Source of the DNA: Candidatus Nomurabacteria bacterium
GTDB lineage: Bacteria; Patescibacteriota; Saccharimonadia; Saccharimonadales; Saccharimonadaceae
Direction of reading: 5' to 3'
Assembly (NCBI GenBank): GCA_031261545.1
Contig: JAISJL010000016.1
Coordinates: forward strand, 1 to 46,506
DNA: 46,506 nucleotides
Shown here one piece after another: positions 45,625 through 46,506 of the stretch. The translations under genes were made by a program, and so were the position numbers. Positions within the stretch are counted from its first letter, which is position 1, and the number at the start of each line of letters is the position of its first letter. The notes beneath the pieces were generated by a model. The model was given only the letters and a program-made list of their open reading frames with translations. It did no database searches and was not told where the DNA came from.

Positions 45625-46107
45625 ATGTTCAGATTTTTTGCAAGCGCACTCGACGAAACAGCCAAAGGCGGCTGCACCCTTAACGGTGGCACATGGCACA
45701 ACTCCACGGCAACTACCGCAGGTTGGTGCGATTACGGCTCCGGATCATCCGTCGCTCCCGACAGCCTCACCGCCATCATTGGCAACGTCTCCAACATCCT
45801 CTTTTTCGTCATCGGTCTCATCGCTGTCATCATCTTGGTCTACGGCGGCATCCAATACATCATCTCCGAAGGCAACGCCAGCAAAATCGAACGCGCCAAA
45901 ACCACCATCACTTGGGCCATCGTCGGCCTGATCATCTCCATCGTTTCTTGGGCAATAGTCCACTTCATCGTCCTCAACGTCGTCAACGGTGGCGGCAACA
46001 CTTCCCAAAGTGGCGGCGATGCCGACGAAGATCATGACACAAACAGCGGCGGCGACGCCGAGGAGGAACACCCAGAAACTGGTGGTGACGCAGAAGAAGT
46101 ACACTAA
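45625..46107 (+). CDS. VirB2/TrbC-like pilin paralog 5 with an acidic His-containing repeat tail
   Basis: LVYGGIQYIISEGNASKIERAKTTITWAIVGLIISIVSWAIVHFI. The tail is GGDADEDHDTNSGGDAEEEHPETGGDAEEVH. Confidence 0.7.
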   Translation: MFRFFASALDETAKGGCTLNGGTWHNSTATTAGWCDYGSGSSVAPDSLTAIIGNVSNILFFVIGLIAVIILVYGGIQYIISEGNASKIERAKTTITWAIVGLIISIVSWAIVHFIVLNVVNGGGNTSQSGGDADEDHDTNSGGDAEEEHPETGGDAEEVH

Positions 46108-46190
46108 TCCGCCAAAATCCTTGCATTTTTGCCCAAAATGCTTTACAATATATGTAAGTTTACAATAAATTAAGAAAAGGAGTAAGAGAA

Positions 46191-46506
46191 ATGAAAAAAG
46201 TTAGTAAGATTTTAGCAGGAACCATCGCAGGTTTAGCCTTGGCGCTCAGCCTTGCCTTCGCGCCTTTTGCAACCATCGTTGGCGCAGCTTGTAACACCTC
46301 CGGCAGCGGCGGTGCAAGCACATCCGATCCGGACTGTATCGGTAGCGGCGGCATCCAAGGCGGCGCGAACGCCATCCAAAACGACGCCATGTCCAGCCAA
46401 CTTTTTGGCCCCGACGGTACAGTCACTAAGATCATCACCATTGTTGTCTTCATTATTGGCGCCTTGTGTGTAGGTTTCTTGGTCTTTGGTGGTATCCAAT
46501 ACATCT
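46191..46506 (+). CDS. VirB2/TrbC-like pilin paralog 6 (3' end beyond the window)
   Basis: Hand-translated: MKKVSKILAGTIAGLALALSLAFAPFATIVGAACNTSGSGG...ITIVVFIIGALCVGFLVFGGIQYI. SD AAAAGGAG upstream. It is not in the ORF track because no stop lies in the window. Confidence 0.65.
   Translation, partial: MKKVSKILAGTIAGLALALSLAFAPFATIVGAACNTSGSGGASTSDPDCIGSGGIQGGANAIQNDAMSSQLFGPDGTVTKIITIVVFIIGALCVGFLVFGGIQYI

Overview
This 46.5 kb window looks like a small-genome, uncultivated bacterium; a CPR/Patescibacteria-type origin is my inference from gene content. Most genes are housekeeping genes on the minus strand: obg, ychF, tsaC, efp, rpsF-ssb-rpsR, aspS, tsaD, thyA-folA-glyA, pepN, typA and tRNA-Val. 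Three accessory modules interrupt them.

(1) At 4442-9727 there is a minimal type V CRISPR-Cas locus. It has a ~1230 aa single effector with a C-terminal split RuvC domain and a zinc ribbon, which I recognise as Cas12d/CasY-like. It also has a 4-repeat array with 26-nt repeats and very short 17-18 nt spacers, a non-coding gap carrying an inverted partial repeat (candidate scout/tracr-like RNA), and cas1 with no cas2 or cas4. This is the stand-out system.

(2) At 25901-32961 there is a type III restriction-modification island (mod, an extra uncharacterised ORF with a PD-(D/E)xK-like motif, res, rhuM).

(3) At 41723-46506 there is a surface/secretion cluster: a cutinase-PKD hydrolase followed by six tandem VirB2/TrbC-like pilin paralogs.

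Other points:
- A (CT)7 microsatellite puts the start codon of a large Kelch/glycine-rich surface protein out of frame.
- Many first genes of operons have an extended -10 box 5-6 nt from the ATG, which implies leaderless mRNAs.
- A promoter, structured RNA and terminator unit sits upstream of a membrane protein gene.

All calls come from reading the sequence and ORF translations. No database searches, GC calculations or RNA folding were run. Family assignments rest on recognised motifs.
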